Below, piece by piece: positions 22,394-33,469 of a DNA stretch of 64,000 nucleotides; within the stretch, counting starts at the first letter, position 1, and each line of letters starts with the position of its first letter. Source of the stretch: an uncultured delta proteobacterium (GTDB taxonomy: Bacteria; Myxococcota_A; Polyangia; Fen-1088); the NCBI GenBank assembly GCA_963737265.1, contig CAVTRY010000018.1, forward strand, positions 1 to 64,000. The letters run 5' to 3'. The position numbers were made by a program, and so were the translations under genes. The notes beneath the pieces are model-generated. The model saw nothing but the letters and a program-made list of their open reading frames with translations. It searched no databases and was not told where the DNA came from.

Positions 22394-23363
22394 GCGCGAG
22401 CTTTGGTTCGTGGCCCCGCGGCGGGTCGAGGTACGGTTGGGTTCGCCGCTGGCCGCGCTCGCCGAGGGCGAGGTGAAAGCCCGTGCTCTCCACTCGGGAA
22501 TTAGCCAGGGCACCGAGATTCTCCTCTATCGCGGCGAGGGGCCGCGGTTGTTCGACCCTTCGCTGGATGCACCCGGAGCGCCTCTTTTTCCCCGCCGCTA
22601 TGGCTACGCGTGGGTAGGGGAAGTCAGCGAAAGCAAAGCGCGAGGCTTCGAGCCTGGCCAGCGCATCTTCGCGTTGCGACCGCACGGCGACGTGCACCTG
22701 CTCCAGTCCCGGGATTCGCGCCGCATTCCCGACGGGATCCCCAGCGCGCGCGCCACGCTCGCGGCCAACTTGGAGACCGCGCTGACGGTCGTTTGGGATG
22801 CTGGGATTGCCCTTGGCGACGACGTGGTCGTGCTGGGTGGCGGGGTGGTCGGGCTGCTCACTTCGATGTTGGCCAAGAAGGCGGGCGCGGCTCGGGTGCG
22901 CTTGGTCGAGCCGGCACCGCGCCGACGGCGTGCCGCCCTTGCCCTAGGTGTCGATGGAGCGTGCGCGCCGAATGCGGACCAGCCGTGTGGCGATGCGGAC
23001 GTGGTCATCGAAGCCAGCGGGGATCCAGCCTGCCTCGATTCCGCCATCCTGCACGCGGGTCAGGAGGCCATCCTCGTGGTCGCCTCCTTCTATGGCGAGC
23101 GGCGAAGTCCGATTTCTCTCGGATCCGAGTTCCACCGCCGCCGACTCATGTTGAGAGCCAGCCAAGTGTCCCATTTGCCGCCGGCCAAGATCCCACGTTG
23201 GGACCCGGAACGCCGTTTCGCTCGCGTGCTGGATTACTTGCGCGACGAACGGCTGGACGGCTTGCTCGATCCGCCGGTTCAGCTTGGCGAAGCTCCCGCG
23301 GTATTCGCGCGTTTGGACGCCGACCCCGGCGGATTTCTTCACACCGTATTTGCGTACCGTTAA
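22383..23363 (+). CDS. MDR/zinc-binding alcohol dehydrogenase-family protein
   Basis: SGISQGTE, YGYAWVG, ANLETAL, GGGVVG, FHRRRL. Confidence 0.85.
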   Translation: MAGERELWFVAPRRVEVRLGSPLAALAEGEVKARALHSGISQGTEILLYRGEGPRLFDPSLDAPGAPLFPRRYGYAWVGEVSESKARGFEPGQRIFALRPHGDVHLLQSRDSRRIPDGIPSARATLAANLETALTVVWDAGIALGDDVVVLGGGVVGLLTSMLAKKAGAARVRLVEPAPRRRRAALALGVDGACAPNADQPCGDADVVIEASGDPACLDSAILHAGQEAILVVASFYGERRSPISLGSEFHRRRLMLRASQVSHLPPAKIPRWDPERRFARVLDYLRDERLDGLLDPPVQLGEAPAVFARLDADPGGFLHTVFAYR

Positions 23364-23512
23364 AATGGGAACCCTCTCTGTGGCGAAAAGACATGCTGCT
23401 CATACCCACGCAGACAGCGTTCTTGACGGTCTAACTTAGCTTGATGTTCATGGCGTTTCCGGGTCCTTGCGCTCCACTTGCACTCCTGCGGTTCGTGCGG
23501 CAGCCTTCCGGC

Positions 23513-23914
23513 ATGTTCTGCGTAGCCGTCTCCGATCACTGCATGGTTGCACACAGTTTCGCTGACGCCTTCTTTGGGCCCGCGCAGCGGTTGCATGGAG
23601 CCACCTATACCGTTGAAGTCGAAGTCCGCGCGGCCGCGCTGGGGGCGCACCACGTGGTGATGGACATCGGGGCTTTGCGGGGAATCGTGCGGCGGACGCT
23701 TGATACCATCGACTACAGCAATCTCGACGACCACCCGGCATTCCCGGAGCGTACGTCGACCACGGAACGCCTGGCCGAGCATTTGGCGAATTTGGTTTCC
23801 GATACGATTGCAGCGTTGCCCGAGGATGCCCAGCCTATCGAGCCGGCGGTTCTGTGCCTGCGTCTGCGCGAAACGCCCAACGCGTGGGCGAGCTTCGAGC
23901 GCCCGATTCCCTAG
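23513..23914 (+). CDS. 6-pyruvoyl/6-carboxy-tetrahydropterin synthase (QueD/PTPS) family protein
   Basis: MVAHSF, AQRLHGATY, DYSNLDD, TTERLA, LRETP. Confidence 0.85.
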   Translation: MFCVAVSDHCMVAHSFADAFFGPAQRLHGATYTVEVEVRAAALGAHHVVMDIGALRGIVRRTLDTIDYSNLDDHPAFPERTSTTERLAEHLANLVSDTIAALPEDAQPIEPAVLCLRLRETPNAWASFERPIP

Positions 23915-24077
23915 TTCCGCCCGTCAGAATTTCAACCATGTTTGGGTCGCCGATGCATCCCGTCCAGCTTCGTTGCTCCTCGGTTACGCACGTCCAGTAT
24001 GCGCCCTCGTCGCGCCTCGCCGGCCGGGCGCCTCGGTGGCCGAAGCATGGCCGCTCTCCTGACGGGCGGGACTAGAT

Positions 24078-24107
24078 CACCGATATTGTCAGAGCACCGA
24101 TATTGTC
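24078..24107. repeat. 13-bp direct repeat CACCGATATTGTC x2
   Basis: Copies at 24078-24090 and 24095-24107, about 40 bp upstream of the PhaR-like gene. Confidence 0.7.
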
Positions 24108-24147
24108 GATTCCGTTCTGGGTCAAATTCGTGGCATACTCCGTCGTC

Positions 24148-24390
24148 ATGCGAATCATCAGACGCTACTCGAACCGCAAACTGTACGACACGCAGGAAAG
24201 CCACTACGTCACCCTGTCGCAGGTGGCGACGCTGGTGCGAAGTGGTGAGGAAATTCGGGTTATCGCTAAGGAGACCAACAGCGATCTCACTGCGGCGACG
24301 CTCGCCCTCATCATTTTCGAGGAAGAAAAGCGCGGCCCGCGCCTTCCCGTCAACGGACTACGCCGAATCATCCAGACCGGCGTGATTTAG
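24148..24390 (+). CDS. PHA-synthesis regulator (PhaR N-terminal) DNA-binding domain protein
   Basis: [21 protein letters not shown]...[11 protein letters not shown]. Confidence 0.85.
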   Translation: MRIIRRYSNRKLYDTQESHYVTLSQVATLVRSGEEIRVIAKETNSDLTAATLALIIFEEEKRGPRLPVNGLRRIIQTGVI

Positions 24391-26539
24391 CCTTCGCGCG
24401 GTCCAGGGGGCGCGTGGCGTGGCCTGGCCGCTCGGGCGGGACCAAGCACCCTCGTTCATGTCCGATGAGGTCGGTTCGCCGCATGCGCGTGAGCGCTTGG
24501 CGGAGCGTTGGCCAGTTCTCTGGATCGTGATAGCGAAGGAATGCCTTCTGTAGCCTTCGCCTGGTCTCGCCCTTGACCACCGTCACCCTGGCGTCGGCCT
24601 CGCGGTTGAGCCGTGCCAAAGGATTGCGTTCGCTGTGGTACATAGCCGTCGCCAGTGCCATCGGCGTGGGTAAGAACGCCTGGACTTGCTCGGGCCGGAA
24701 GCCGTTGCGTTTGCACCACAGGGCAAGCTCCAGCATGTCCTCGTCGGTGGTGCCAGGATGGGCGGCCATGAAGTACGGGATCAAGTACTGTTCCTTGCCG
24801 GCTTCGCGGGAAAACCGGTCGAACAGGGCGCGAAACTTCTCATAGCTGCCGATGCCGGGCTTTTGCATCTTATCGAGCGGCCCGGACTGGCTATGCTCGG
24901 GGGCGATTTTTAGATAGCCGCCAACGTGGTGCTTGACCAGCTCTTCCACGTATTCAGGCGATCGGACGGCCAGGTCATAGCGAATGCCCGAGCCGATGGT
25001 GATCTTCTTGATGCCCTTGATCTGGCGGGCACGGCGGTAGAGCCGCACCAGCGCGCCGTGGTCGGTGTCGAGGTTGGGACAGATGGCGGGATAGACGCAC
25101 GAGAGGCGGCGGCACGCGGCCTCGATGTCCGGGTCGCCGCAGGCCAAGCGGTACATGTTGGCGGTGGGTCCGCCGAGGTCGGAGACAACGCCGGTGAATC
25201 CCGGCGTCTTGTCGCGAACCGCTTCGATTTCGCGCACGATGGATGCCTCTGACCGGTTCTGGACGATGCGGCCCTCGTGTTCGGTCAGCGAGCAGAAGGT
25301 ACAGCCGCCGAAGCAGCCGCGCATGATGTTGACCGAACACTTGATCATGTCGTAGGCGGGCAGTGACTGACTGCCGTAGCCTGGATGAGGACGGCGCGAA
25401 TAGGGTAGGTCGTAGACCGCGTCCATGTCGGGCGTCGTCAGCGGCAGCGCGGGCGGATTCAGCCAGACGTCCCGATCGGCGTGCCGCTGCACCAGCGCCC
25501 GGGCATTGCCGGGGTTGGATTCAAGATGCAGCAAACGCGAGGCGTGCGCGTACAGCAACGGCGAGCGCGTGACCGCCTCGCAAGAGGGCAGGCGCACCAC
25601 CGTGTTCGCCGGGGCAAGGCCGGCAAGGTGCAGGGGTGTTTCTGGCTTGCGCGCGTCGAGTTCGACGAAGCCCTTGGGCAAGCGGCCGCTCGGGCACGCG
25701 AAGGCGGTGCCCCGAATGTCGGTCAGGTTTTGCGGCTTCTCTCGATTGGCCAGGCGGTGGGCGATCTCGACCACCTGGCGTTCGCCGTTGCCGAATACCA
25801 GCAGGTCGGCCTTGGCGTCGAGGAGGAGCGAACGCCGAATCTTTTCCGACCAGTAGTCGAAGTGAGCGACACGCCGCAGGCTAGCCTCGATGCCACCGAG
25901 GATGATGGGCACGTCGGAGAAGGCCTCGCGGCAGCGTTGCGCGTAGACAACCGTGGCACGATCCGGGCGCAAACCGGCCCTGCCACCGGGCGAATAGGCG
26001 TCGTCGCTGCGAATACGTCGCTCGGCCGTGTAGTGATTAACCATGGAATCCATGTTGCCGGCGGTAACGCCGAACATGACCACTGGTTTTCCCAGCGTCG
26101 CGAAAGCGTCGGCGGAACGCCAGTTGGGTTGCGCGATGACCCCGACACGGAATCCCTGTTCTTCGAGCACGCGGCCAATCAAGGCAGCGCCGAAGCTCGG
26201 GTGATCGACGTAGGCGTCGCCCGTCACCAGAATGACGTCGCAGGCGTCCCAGCCGAGCATGTTCATTTCCTCGCGCGACGTGGGCAGCATGGGAGCCGGG
26301 CCGAAGCGCTTGGCCCAGTGCTTTCGCCTGGAAAACAGCGTCGGACGCAATCGCGCTGGCGACACGATTTGCCACGGGCGGGGACGATGGGAATGGTTTG
26401 TCTTCACGGAGTCGGCTAAGCGTAGCAAGGGATCATCGGCAGGAGCGGGGTCGAGATGCGTGCGGAGCTGCACTCCCGGTTGCGCGATCGTGCTAGCCTC
26501 CGATGCGACCCAGAGCGCCGCCGGGCATCTTGACGACAA
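24368..26539 (-). CDS. YgiQ family radical SAM protein (start uncertain)
   Basis: [46 protein letters not shown]. Confidence 0.9.
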   Translation of the reverse strand: MSSRCPAALWVASEASTIAQPGVQLRTHLDPAPADDPLLRLADSVKTNHSHRPRPWQIVSPARLRPTLFSRRKHWAKRFGPAPMLPTSREEMNMLGWDACDVILVTGDAYVDHPSFGAALIGRVLEEQGFRVGVIAQPNWRSADAFATLGKPVVMFGVTAGNMDSMVNHYTAERRIRSDDAYSPGGRAGLRPDRATVVYAQRCREAFSDVPIILGGIEASLRRVAHFDYWSEKIRRSLLLDAKADLLVFGNGERQVVEIAHRLANREKPQNLTDIRGTAFACPSGRLPKGFVELDARKPETPLHLAGLAPANTVVRLPSCEAVTRSPLLYAHASRLLHLESNPGNARALVQRHADRDVWLNPPALPLTTPDMDAVYDLPYSRRPHPGYGSQSLPAYDMIKCSVNIMRGCFGGCTFCSLTEHEGRIVQNRSEASIVREIEAVRDKTPGFTGVVSDLGGPTANMYRLACGDPDIEAACRRLSCVYPAICPNLDTDHGALVRLYRRARQIKGIKKITIGSGIRYDLAVRSPEYVEELVKHHVGGYLKIAPEHSQSGPLDKMQKPGIGSYEKFRALFDRFSREAGKEQYLIPYFMAAHPGTTDEDMLELALWCKRNGFRPEQVQAFLPTPMALATAMYHSERNPLARLNREADARVTVVKGETRRRLQKAFLRYHDPENWPTLRQALTRMRRTDLIGHERGCLVPPERPGHATRPLDRAKAKSRRSG

Positions 26540-26554
26540 CCGGAAGGAGATCGC

Positions 26555-27463
26555 ATGGACTACCAGCAGCCGCCCGGATTCCCACCCCTGCCGAGCCTAC
26601 ACCAGTCGGACATACCGCCGCCACTACCGCCGATGAATTTTCGGCCGCCGTCGAGATTGCCCTGGTATTTGACTGCGGCTGTCGCTGGCATCGCCGTCTA
26701 CGGCGCCTACTGGGTCCATGGCGAGCGCTCGCGGTTGAACGCCAAAATCGAGGCAGCCGGAGACGCGGCCCGAGCGGCCCAGACGGAAAGTCAGTCGCTC
26801 GAAGAACAGCTGACCGCGCTGCAATCCGAGAAAGATGCATTGGAGGCCGACAAAGAGGCCCTGACCACGGCGCGGGACAATCTCGCCAAGAACGTCGAGG
26901 AGAAGTCGAGCGAGTTGGCCACGCTCAAGGGCACCACCGACGAGCTCAAAGAAAAGATGAAGGACGAGATCGCCAAGGGCGACATCCAGTTGACCGAGAG
27001 CGGGGGCAAGCTGCGTGTCGGTCTGGTGGACAAGATTCTGTTCGACTCGGGCGAGGCTTCAATTTCGAAACGCGGGGAAGGCGTGCTGGCGCGCGTGGGC
27101 GTGGTGCTGGCCGGAATAGAGGATCGGCAGATCCAAGTTTCCGGCCACACTGACAACACACCTATATCGGACAAGTTGAAGGCGCAGTTTCCCACCAACT
27201 GGGAACTGTCGGTGGCGCGCGCAACTAACGTCGTGCGGTTTCTGCAAGACAGCGCCAAGCTGCCGCCCGACCGCTTGGTGGCCAGCGGTTACGGCGAATA
27301 CCAGCCCATCGCCAGCAATCGAACTCCTGCCGGGCGCGCCAAGAACCGTCGCATCGAGCTTCTGCTGACCCCGGCGCTGGCGCCCAAGAGGATTCCGAAG
27401 GTCGCGCTCAAGGAGAAGCACTCGCCCGAGAAGAAACACAGGCACCACAAGAAGCACCACTAG
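26555..27463 (+). CDS. OmpA/MotB family peptidoglycan-binding protein
   Basis: TM segment, coiled coil, [28 protein letters not shown]. His/Lys-rich tail. AAGGAG RBS. Confidence 0.9.
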   Translation: MDYQQPPGFPPLPSLHQSDIPPPLPPMNFRPPSRLPWYLTAAVAGIAVYGAYWVHGERSRLNAKIEAAGDAARAAQTESQSLEEQLTALQSEKDALEADKEALTTARDNLAKNVEEKSSELATLKGTTDELKEKMKDEIAKGDIQLTESGGKLRVGLVDKILFDSGEASISKRGEGVLARVGVVLAGIEDRQIQVSGHTDNTPISDKLKAQFPTNWELSVARATNVVRFLQDSAKLPPDRLVASGYGEYQPIASNRTPAGRAKNRRIELLLTPALAPKRIPKVALKEKHSPEKKHRHHKKHH

Positions 27464-27686
27464 CCATTTTCTTTAGTCGGCCTGCGTTGCCGCGGTCGGC
27501 GGCGATGGCTGATGCGCAATCGACGGGGGTGCAGGCGAGATAGCTCGGACACCTGAATCCCAACGCCGGCAGTGGAATCCAAAGAAACTGCATAGCGAGA
27601 TCAGCTCACTCATCGCGAAGGTGTCGGAATTGTAACTTTGCCATCCCTTCAATTGTGTGTTGGCAATTGTTGCGCTAGAGCCATTC

Positions 27687-28928
27687 ATGCTCCTAACAAG
27701 TTCTTTCCGAAACGCCACGACCCTAAGCAGTTTGGCAATCGTCGGCGCGGCAATATTCGTCGTTGGATGCGCAGAGAGCAAAGCCGGTACTCCCCCACCC
27801 GCGCCGCCGGCGGTTGTTGTCGTGCCTGTCGTGCAACGAGACGTGTCGCTTTACATCGAGGCGCTAGGAAGTCTCGATGGCTACGTCAACGCGGACATTC
27901 GTGCGCGCGTGCGCGGAATCTTGGCTGGGCAACGCTACCAGGACGGCGCCACCGTCAAGCCGGGACAATTGCTATTCACCATCGATCGGTCCGAGTTTCG
28001 GATCGCGGCGGATTCCGCCCGCGCCGCGCTCGCACGTGCGGAGACGGCGCGGGCGCACAACAAGGCGCTGCTCGCGCGGCGAACCAGCCTGGGCGCGGCC
28101 AAGGTGGTCAGCCAGCAAGAGGTTGAAGACGCCGAGGCCGCGGCACGCGATGCCGAGGACCAAGTGCACGTGGCCAAGGCCCAGCTCGCGCAAGCCGCGC
28201 TCAACCTTTCCTACACCGAGATTCGATCGCCGGTGGGAGGCTTGGCGGGACTTGCCCAAGTGCGGACCGGGAATCTCGTCGGGCAGGACGGGCCCACGCT
28301 CTTAACCACGGTTTCCCAGGTGAATCCCATGCGCGTGAGCTTCCCCATGAGCGAGGGCGACTACCTCAAGGCAGCCGAACGCCTCAAACGCCTCGACGGA
28401 CGGGATCTGGCCTGGGCCGAGAAGCAATTTTCGGCCATGAAAGACGGCAAGAACAGTGCGATCGAGGGCGCACTGGATCTCATCCTGTCGGATGGCACGA
28501 TCTACCCACAAAAGGGCATTATCGTTGCGGTGAACCGACAGGTCGACACGAGCACGGGGACGATTGAGCTGCAGGCGCTATTTCCTAACCCGGACAATTT
28601 GCTGCGGCCCGGGCAGTACGGGCGCGTGCGCATGCGCCGAACCGACGCGGGTGCCAACGCTCTGCTGGTGCCCGAGAAAGCACTGATTCAGATTCAGGGT
28701 AGCTATTCGCTGGCTGTGGTTGGGTCGGGCAACAAGGTGTCGCTGCGGCGGGTGGAAGTGGGCCCGGTGGCGGGGACGTCGCGCATTATCACGTCGGGCA
28801 TCGGCGCGGGCGAACGGGTGGTGGCGGAGGGCGTGCAGAAGGTGAGCGACGGAATGACGGTTACTCCGCAAGTGCTTGCGTCGCTGCAAAAGACGGGTGC
28901 AGCGGCCGCGCCGCCTGCGCCGCACTAG
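27687..28928 (+). CDS. RND efflux periplasmic adaptor (lipoprotein)
   Basis: VVGC lipobox, IRARVRG, LSYTEIRSP, LRPGQY. Confidence 0.9.
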   Translation: MLLTSSFRNATTLSSLAIVGAAIFVVGCAESKAGTPPPAPPAVVVVPVVQRDVSLYIEALGSLDGYVNADIRARVRGILAGQRYQDGATVKPGQLLFTIDRSEFRIAADSARAALARAETARAHNKALLARRTSLGAAKVVSQQEVEDAEAAARDAEDQVHVAKAQLAQAALNLSYTEIRSPVGGLAGLAQVRTGNLVGQDGPTLLTTVSQVNPMRVSFPMSEGDYLKAAERLKRLDGRDLAWAEKQFSAMKDGKNSAIEGALDLILSDGTIYPQKGIIVAVNRQVDTSTGTIELQALFPNPDNLLRPGQYGRVRMRRTDAGANALLVPEKALIQIQGSYSLAVVGSGNKVSLRRVEVGPVAGTSRIITSGIGAGERVVAEGVQKVSDGMTVTPQVLASLQKTGAAAAPPAPH

Positions 28929-28949
28929 GCCACGACCCGAGGGATCGAC

Positions 28950-31900
28950 GTGATCTCGGCCTTCTTCATTCGCCGCCCCATCGTGGCCATGGTCATCGCC
29001 ATCGTCACCGTGCTCATCGGCGCGGTGTCGCTGGTGGGGCTGCCCATCGCCCAGTTTCCGCAGATCATCCCGCCCCAGATCAACCTCAGCACCACCTTCA
29101 CCGGGGCGGATGCGGTCACCATCGAGCAGTCGGTCGCTACGCCCATCGAGCAGCAGATGAACGGCGTCGACAACATGCTCTACATCCAGTCGACCAACGC
29201 CAACGACGGGACGATGAACCAGCGGGTTACCTTCGACGTCGGGACCAACATCGACATCGACAACGTGCTGGTGCAGAACCGTTTCTCGCAGGCGCAAACC
29301 TTCCTGCCCCAAGACGTCAAGAACTTTGGCGTCACCATCAAGAAGTCGTTGGCGTTTCCGCTGATCGTCGTCTCGCTGTATTCGCCCGACGGCCGTTACG
29401 ATGCCTCGTTTCTGACCAACTACGCGACCATCAACGTCAACGACGCGCTCTTGCGCATCAAGGGCATCGGCGATATTCGCAACCTCGGCGCATCCGACTA
29501 CGCCATGCGGGTCTGGCTCAAACCCGATGTGCTCGCCCGCCTGGCCATGACCGTGACCGATGTCGAGAACGCGATCCGCGCGCAGAATGTGGTCAATCCA
29601 TCCGGGCAGGTCGGAGCCGAGCCCGCGCCCACCGGCCAGCAATTTACGTACACCGTGCGCGCGCAAGGGCGGCTGGTGACGCCCGAGGAATTCGGCGACG
29701 TCATCGTGCGCGAGAACCCCGACGGATCGCTGGTGCGCGTGCGCGACGTGGCGACCATCGAGATGGGCTCGCTCAACTACAACCAAGCCGGTGCGTTCAA
29801 CGGGAAACCAGCCGGTGTTATCGCGGCCTTTCAGCTTCCTGGATCGAACGCCTTGGATGTTGCCGCTGCCGTGCGTGCGTCGATGGAAGATCTCAAGAAG
29901 CGTTTTCCGCCCGGCATGGACTATGAGGTTTCGCTCGATACCACCGCGCCCGTGAAGGCAGGCATCCAGGAGATTCTCATCACCCTGCTCGAAGCCATTG
30001 GCCTCGTGGTGCTGGTGGTGTTCATCTTTCTACAAAGCTGGCGCGCGACCTTGATCCCGCTCCTCACCGTGCCGGTCTCGCTGGTGGGTGTGTTTGCCGT
30101 GTTTCCGCTGCTGGGATTTTCGATCAATACGCTCTCGTTGTTCGCCCTGGTGCTGGCCATCGGCTTGGTCGTCGATGACGCCATCGTGGTGGTCGAAGCG
30201 GTGGAACGCCACATCGAGGAAGGCCTTTCGCCCAAGGACGCGACCTTCCACGCCATGTCCGAGGTCACTGCCCCGGTCATCGGCATCGCTTTGATTTTGG
30301 CGGCAGTGTTCGTCCCGGTCGCCTTCATGGCCGGCATCACCGGCCGCCTGTACCAGCAGTTCGCACTGACTATCGCTGTATCGGTGCTCATCTCGGCCTT
30401 CAATGCCTTGACCCTGAGTCCGGCGCTGGCGGCGTTGCTGTTGCGTCCGCGCGGCGAAACGCGAGGACTCTTCGGGCGCGCCGGTCACGCCTTCAATCGG
30501 GTGTTTGAACGGGCGACAATCGGGTACATACACGTCAACGCACGCCTCATCCGCAAGCTCGTCATTCCACTCGTCTTGCTCGCGGGCGTGTCAGCGCTGT
30601 CCGTGGCGATCGGCCGCAAGCTGCCTTCTGGATTCGTCCCTGAAGAAGACAACGGCTACGCCATCATCGGCGTGCAACTACCCGACGCCGCGTCTCTTCA
30701 GCGCACCAAGGCCGTGTTCAAGAAGGTCGAGGAGATTCTGGCACACACCGAAGGCATTCGTACCTACAACACGGTGGCCGGCTACAGTTTCTTCACCGGA
30801 TCGGCCGCAAGCTACGTGGGCACCGGTTTCATGGGCTTTCAACCATGGAGCAAGCGCGACAAACCCGAGCTGACCGCCAAGGGCATTCTGCGCAAGGTGA
30901 ACGCGGAGTTCGCCAAGATCCCCGAGGCGCGCGTGTTTGCCTTGGCGCCGCCGGCGATTCCAGGCATCAGCGCCGCGGGCGGCTTCAGTCTGTTCCTGCA
31001 AGACCGCAGCGGCGGCAGCGTCGAGTTCCTCGCCCAGAACGTCAAACGTTTCGTCGAGGCAGCGCGCAAGCGCCCTGAATTGCAGAACGTGATCCCGAAC
31101 TTTTCACCCTCGGTGCCGCAGATCTTTGCCGAGGTGGATAAGGAAAAGGTGATGAAGCAGGGCATTCCCATCGCGGATGTCTACGCCACGCTGCAGGCCT
31201 TTCTGGGGGGCGCCTACGTCAACGACTTCACCCGCTTCTCGCGCCAGTGGAAGGTGTTCGTGCAGGCGGCGCCTGATGCGCGCCGGAATCCCGACAATCT
31301 CAAGGACTTCTACGTGCGCAACGGCAAGGGCGAAATGGTTCCGCTGTCGACGCTGGTGAACGTGCGCGCCACGGCCGGCCCCGAATATACCGTTCGTTTC
31401 AATCTCTATCGTTCGGCGGAAATCATCGGCTCCGCGTCCCCGGCATACAGCTCTGGCGAGGCCATTGCCGTGCTGGAAAAGGTCGCTGCGGAGACCCTTC
31501 CGCCCGAGATGGGCTACGCCTGGAACGCGCTTTCCTATCAAGAGAAGATATCGCAGGGCGGAACGGCGAAGGTCCTCGGATTGTCGTTGGTCTTCGTCTT
31601 TCTCATTCTCGCGGCCCTCTACGAAAGCTGGACCCTGCCGTTCAGCGTGCTCTTGAGCACGCCAGTTGCGGTGCTGGGCGCCTATCTCGGGCTGCTCTCG
31701 AGACATTTCGACAGCAATGTCTACGCGCAGATCGGATTAGTCATGCTGGTCGGCCTCACGGCGAAGAACGCCATTCTTATTGTCGAGTTTGCCAAAGAGC
31801 GACTCAAGCACGGCCGTCCGCTCGTGGACGCCGCGCTGGAGGGAGCGCGCTTGCGGCTGCGACCGATTCTGATGACGTCGTTTGCGTTCATCTTCGGCTG

Positions 31901-32141
31901 TCTGCCGCTGTGGATCGCGGATGGCGCGGGGGCCGCGGCCCGGCGCATGCTCGGCACCACAGTGGTCGCGGGCATGTCGGCGGCAACCCTGCTTGGCATC
32001 TTTTTCGTTCCCGCTTTGTTCGTGTTCATCGAACGCATCGGTGGGCACAAGGATGTCGCGCCCGTGGCCGCCGCGCCCGCCGCCGTGTCGGATACGGGGG
32101 CCGTGGCAAGCGGGCCGGTTCGCCTCTTGGGGGGCGAGTAA
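28950..32141 (+). CDS. HAE1 RND efflux permease
   Basis: 1063 aa. FFIRRPI, GLVVDDAIVVVE, KNAILIVEFA, RLRPILMTS. Confidence 0.95.
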   Translation: MISAFFIRRPIVAMVIAIVTVLIGAVSLVGLPIAQFPQIIPPQINLSTTFTGADAVTIEQSVATPIEQQMNGVDNMLYIQSTNANDGTMNQRVTFDVGTNIDIDNVLVQNRFSQAQTFLPQDVKNFGVTIKKSLAFPLIVVSLYSPDGRYDASFLTNYATINVNDALLRIKGIGDIRNLGASDYAMRVWLKPDVLARLAMTVTDVENAIRAQNVVNPSGQVGAEPAPTGQQFTYTVRAQGRLVTPEEFGDVIVRENPDGSLVRVRDVATIEMGSLNYNQAGAFNGKPAGVIAAFQLPGSNALDVAAAVRASMEDLKKRFPPGMDYEVSLDTTAPVKAGIQEILITLLEAIGLVVLVVFIFLQSWRATLIPLLTVPVSLVGVFAVFPLLGFSINTLSLFALVLAIGLVVDDAIVVVEAVERHIEEGLSPKDATFHAMSEVTAPVIGIALILAAVFVPVAFMAGITGRLYQQFALTIAVSVLISAFNALTLSPALAALLLRPRGETRGLFGRAGHAFNRVFERATIGYIHVNARLIRKLVIPLVLLAGVSALSVAIGRKLPSGFVPEEDNGYAIIGVQLPDAASLQRTKAVFKKVEEILAHTEGIRTYNTVAGYSFFTGSAASYVGTGFMGFQPWSKRDKPELTAKGILRKVNAEFAKIPEARVFALAPPAIPGISAAGGFSLFLQDRSGGSVEFLAQNVKRFVEAARKRPELQNVIPNFSPSVPQIFAEVDKEKVMKQGIPIADVYATLQAFLGGAYVNDFTRFSRQWKVFVQAAPDARRNPDNLKDFYVRNGKGEMVPLSTLVNVRATAGPEYTVRFNLYRSAEIIGSASPAYSSGEAIAVLEKVAAETLPPEMGYAWNALSYQEKISQGGTAKVLGLSLVFVFLILAALYESWTLPFSVLLSTPVAVLGAYLGLLSRHFDSNVYAQIGLVMLVGLTAKNAILIVEFAKERLKHGRPLVDAALEGARLRLRPILMTSFAFIFGCLPLWIADGAGAAARRMLGTTVVAGMSAATLLGIFFVPALFVFIERIGGHKDVAPVAAAPAAVSDTGAVASGPVRLLGGE

Positions 32142-32143
32142 CC

Positions 32144-33433
32144 GTGGCGGCGCTTTTCCGCCCCAAGATTGGCGTGGCACCGGTTTTGGTATCCCTCTTG
32201 GCGCTGGCCTCGACCAATGCTCGTGCCCAGGCCCCGAGGACCATCCGCGTGACTTGGCAGCAGGCGCTCGATCGGGCGGCTGCACGCAATCCATCGGCCT
32301 ACGTTGCCCAGCAGGAGATCGCGCGTGCCGACGCCCTGGTTCGGGAAGCACGGGCGGGCTGGCTGCCCATCTTGACCGGAAATGGATCGTATGTCCGCCT
32401 CGATTCGGCGCGCTCGTTTGCCGGCACCGTGACGACGCCTATCGCCGAGTGGAACGGGAACATCCAACTGACCGTGCCGCTGGTGGCGCCGTCGGCGTGG
32501 GCCAGCGACTGGCACGCTCAAGACAACCGCACGCTGGCCACCGCGAGCGCCGCCGACGTACGCCGCCAACTGGCCACCGCCGTCGGCCGCGTCTATCTGA
32601 CCGTTCTGTTACAACACCGTCAATTTGAAGTGGCGGCGCGTGCCCGCGACACTGCGCGCTCGCACTACGACTACGCGCACACGCGCCTGGGACTGGGGCT
32701 GGGCAATGGCGTCGACGATGCGCGCGCAGAGCAAGAGCTGCGCACCGACGACGCTCAGCTCAAGGACGCCGAAACCGCGCTGGTGCGGGCGCAGAGCGCA
32801 CTCGCGACCCTGCTATCCGAAGAGGATCTGGTGGATGTGGCCGATGCCTTCGATTTGGCCGCCGCTCCCGCGCCGGACACAGCGCTCGACAATGCGCGAA
32901 GCCGCAGGGCGGACGTGCGTGTGCTGGAGGCGCGCCGGAACGCCAGCGCGCATCTGCGGCGCGATGATTGGGTCTACTACGCGCCCTCGTTGCTCGCGCA
33001 AGCGCAGGCATTCAGAGAGACCGAATCGGCGCTTCAACCTGGGAGTGGTTGGCAGATAGCGGTGGTGCTCTCCATCCCCTTTTACGACGGAGGAATGCGC
33101 TACGGCGTGCGCAGAGAGCGAGACGCTGTGGACGAGGAAGCACGCGCGCAGCTCGAAGCGGGCCTGCGCCAAGTGAGCGTCGAGGTTCGTACCGCTTTCC
33201 GAGTCGTCGCCAACGCGGACGAGAGTCTGCGCTCCGCTCGCGACGCCGCCGCCGCGGCCACCACCGCGGCGGTGCTGGCCGACAAGTCCTATCGCGGGGG
33301 CGCCAGTACCAACATCGAAGTGGTCGACGCCGAACGCCGCGCCCACGACGCGGATTCGGCCGTGGCCCTGGCCGAGGACGCCGCTCGGCAGGCGCGCCTC
33401 GATTTGTTGGTCGCAACCGGCGTCTTTCCCTGA
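32144..33433 (+). CDS. TolC family outer membrane protein
   Basis: Signal peptide, helical repeats, LSIPFYDGG, YRGGASTNIEV. Third gene of the RND operon. Confidence 0.88.
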   Translation: MAALFRPKIGVAPVLVSLLALASTNARAQAPRTIRVTWQQALDRAAARNPSAYVAQQEIARADALVREARAGWLPILTGNGSYVRLDSARSFAGTVTTPIAEWNGNIQLTVPLVAPSAWASDWHAQDNRTLATASAADVRRQLATAVGRVYLTVLLQHRQFEVAARARDTARSHYDYAHTRLGLGLGNGVDDARAEQELRTDDAQLKDAETALVRAQSALATLLSEEDLVDVADAFDLAAAPAPDTALDNARSRRADVRVLEARRNASAHLRRDDWVYYAPSLLAQAQAFRETESALQPGSGWQIAVVLSIPFYDGGMRYGVRRERDAVDEEARAQLEAGLRQVSVEVRTAFRVVANADESLRSARDAAAAATTAAVLADKSYRGGASTNIEVVDAERRAHDADSAVALAEDAARQARLDLLVATGVFP

Positions 33434-33469
33434 GTGCATCAGCGGCAGCCTTTCGGATTTCGATCCAGG

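Noticed and set aside
27660-27677. Sigma54-like motif TTGGCAATTGTTGCGC before the RND operon
   Set aside because: TTGC spacing is wrong and the motif is too close to the start codon.
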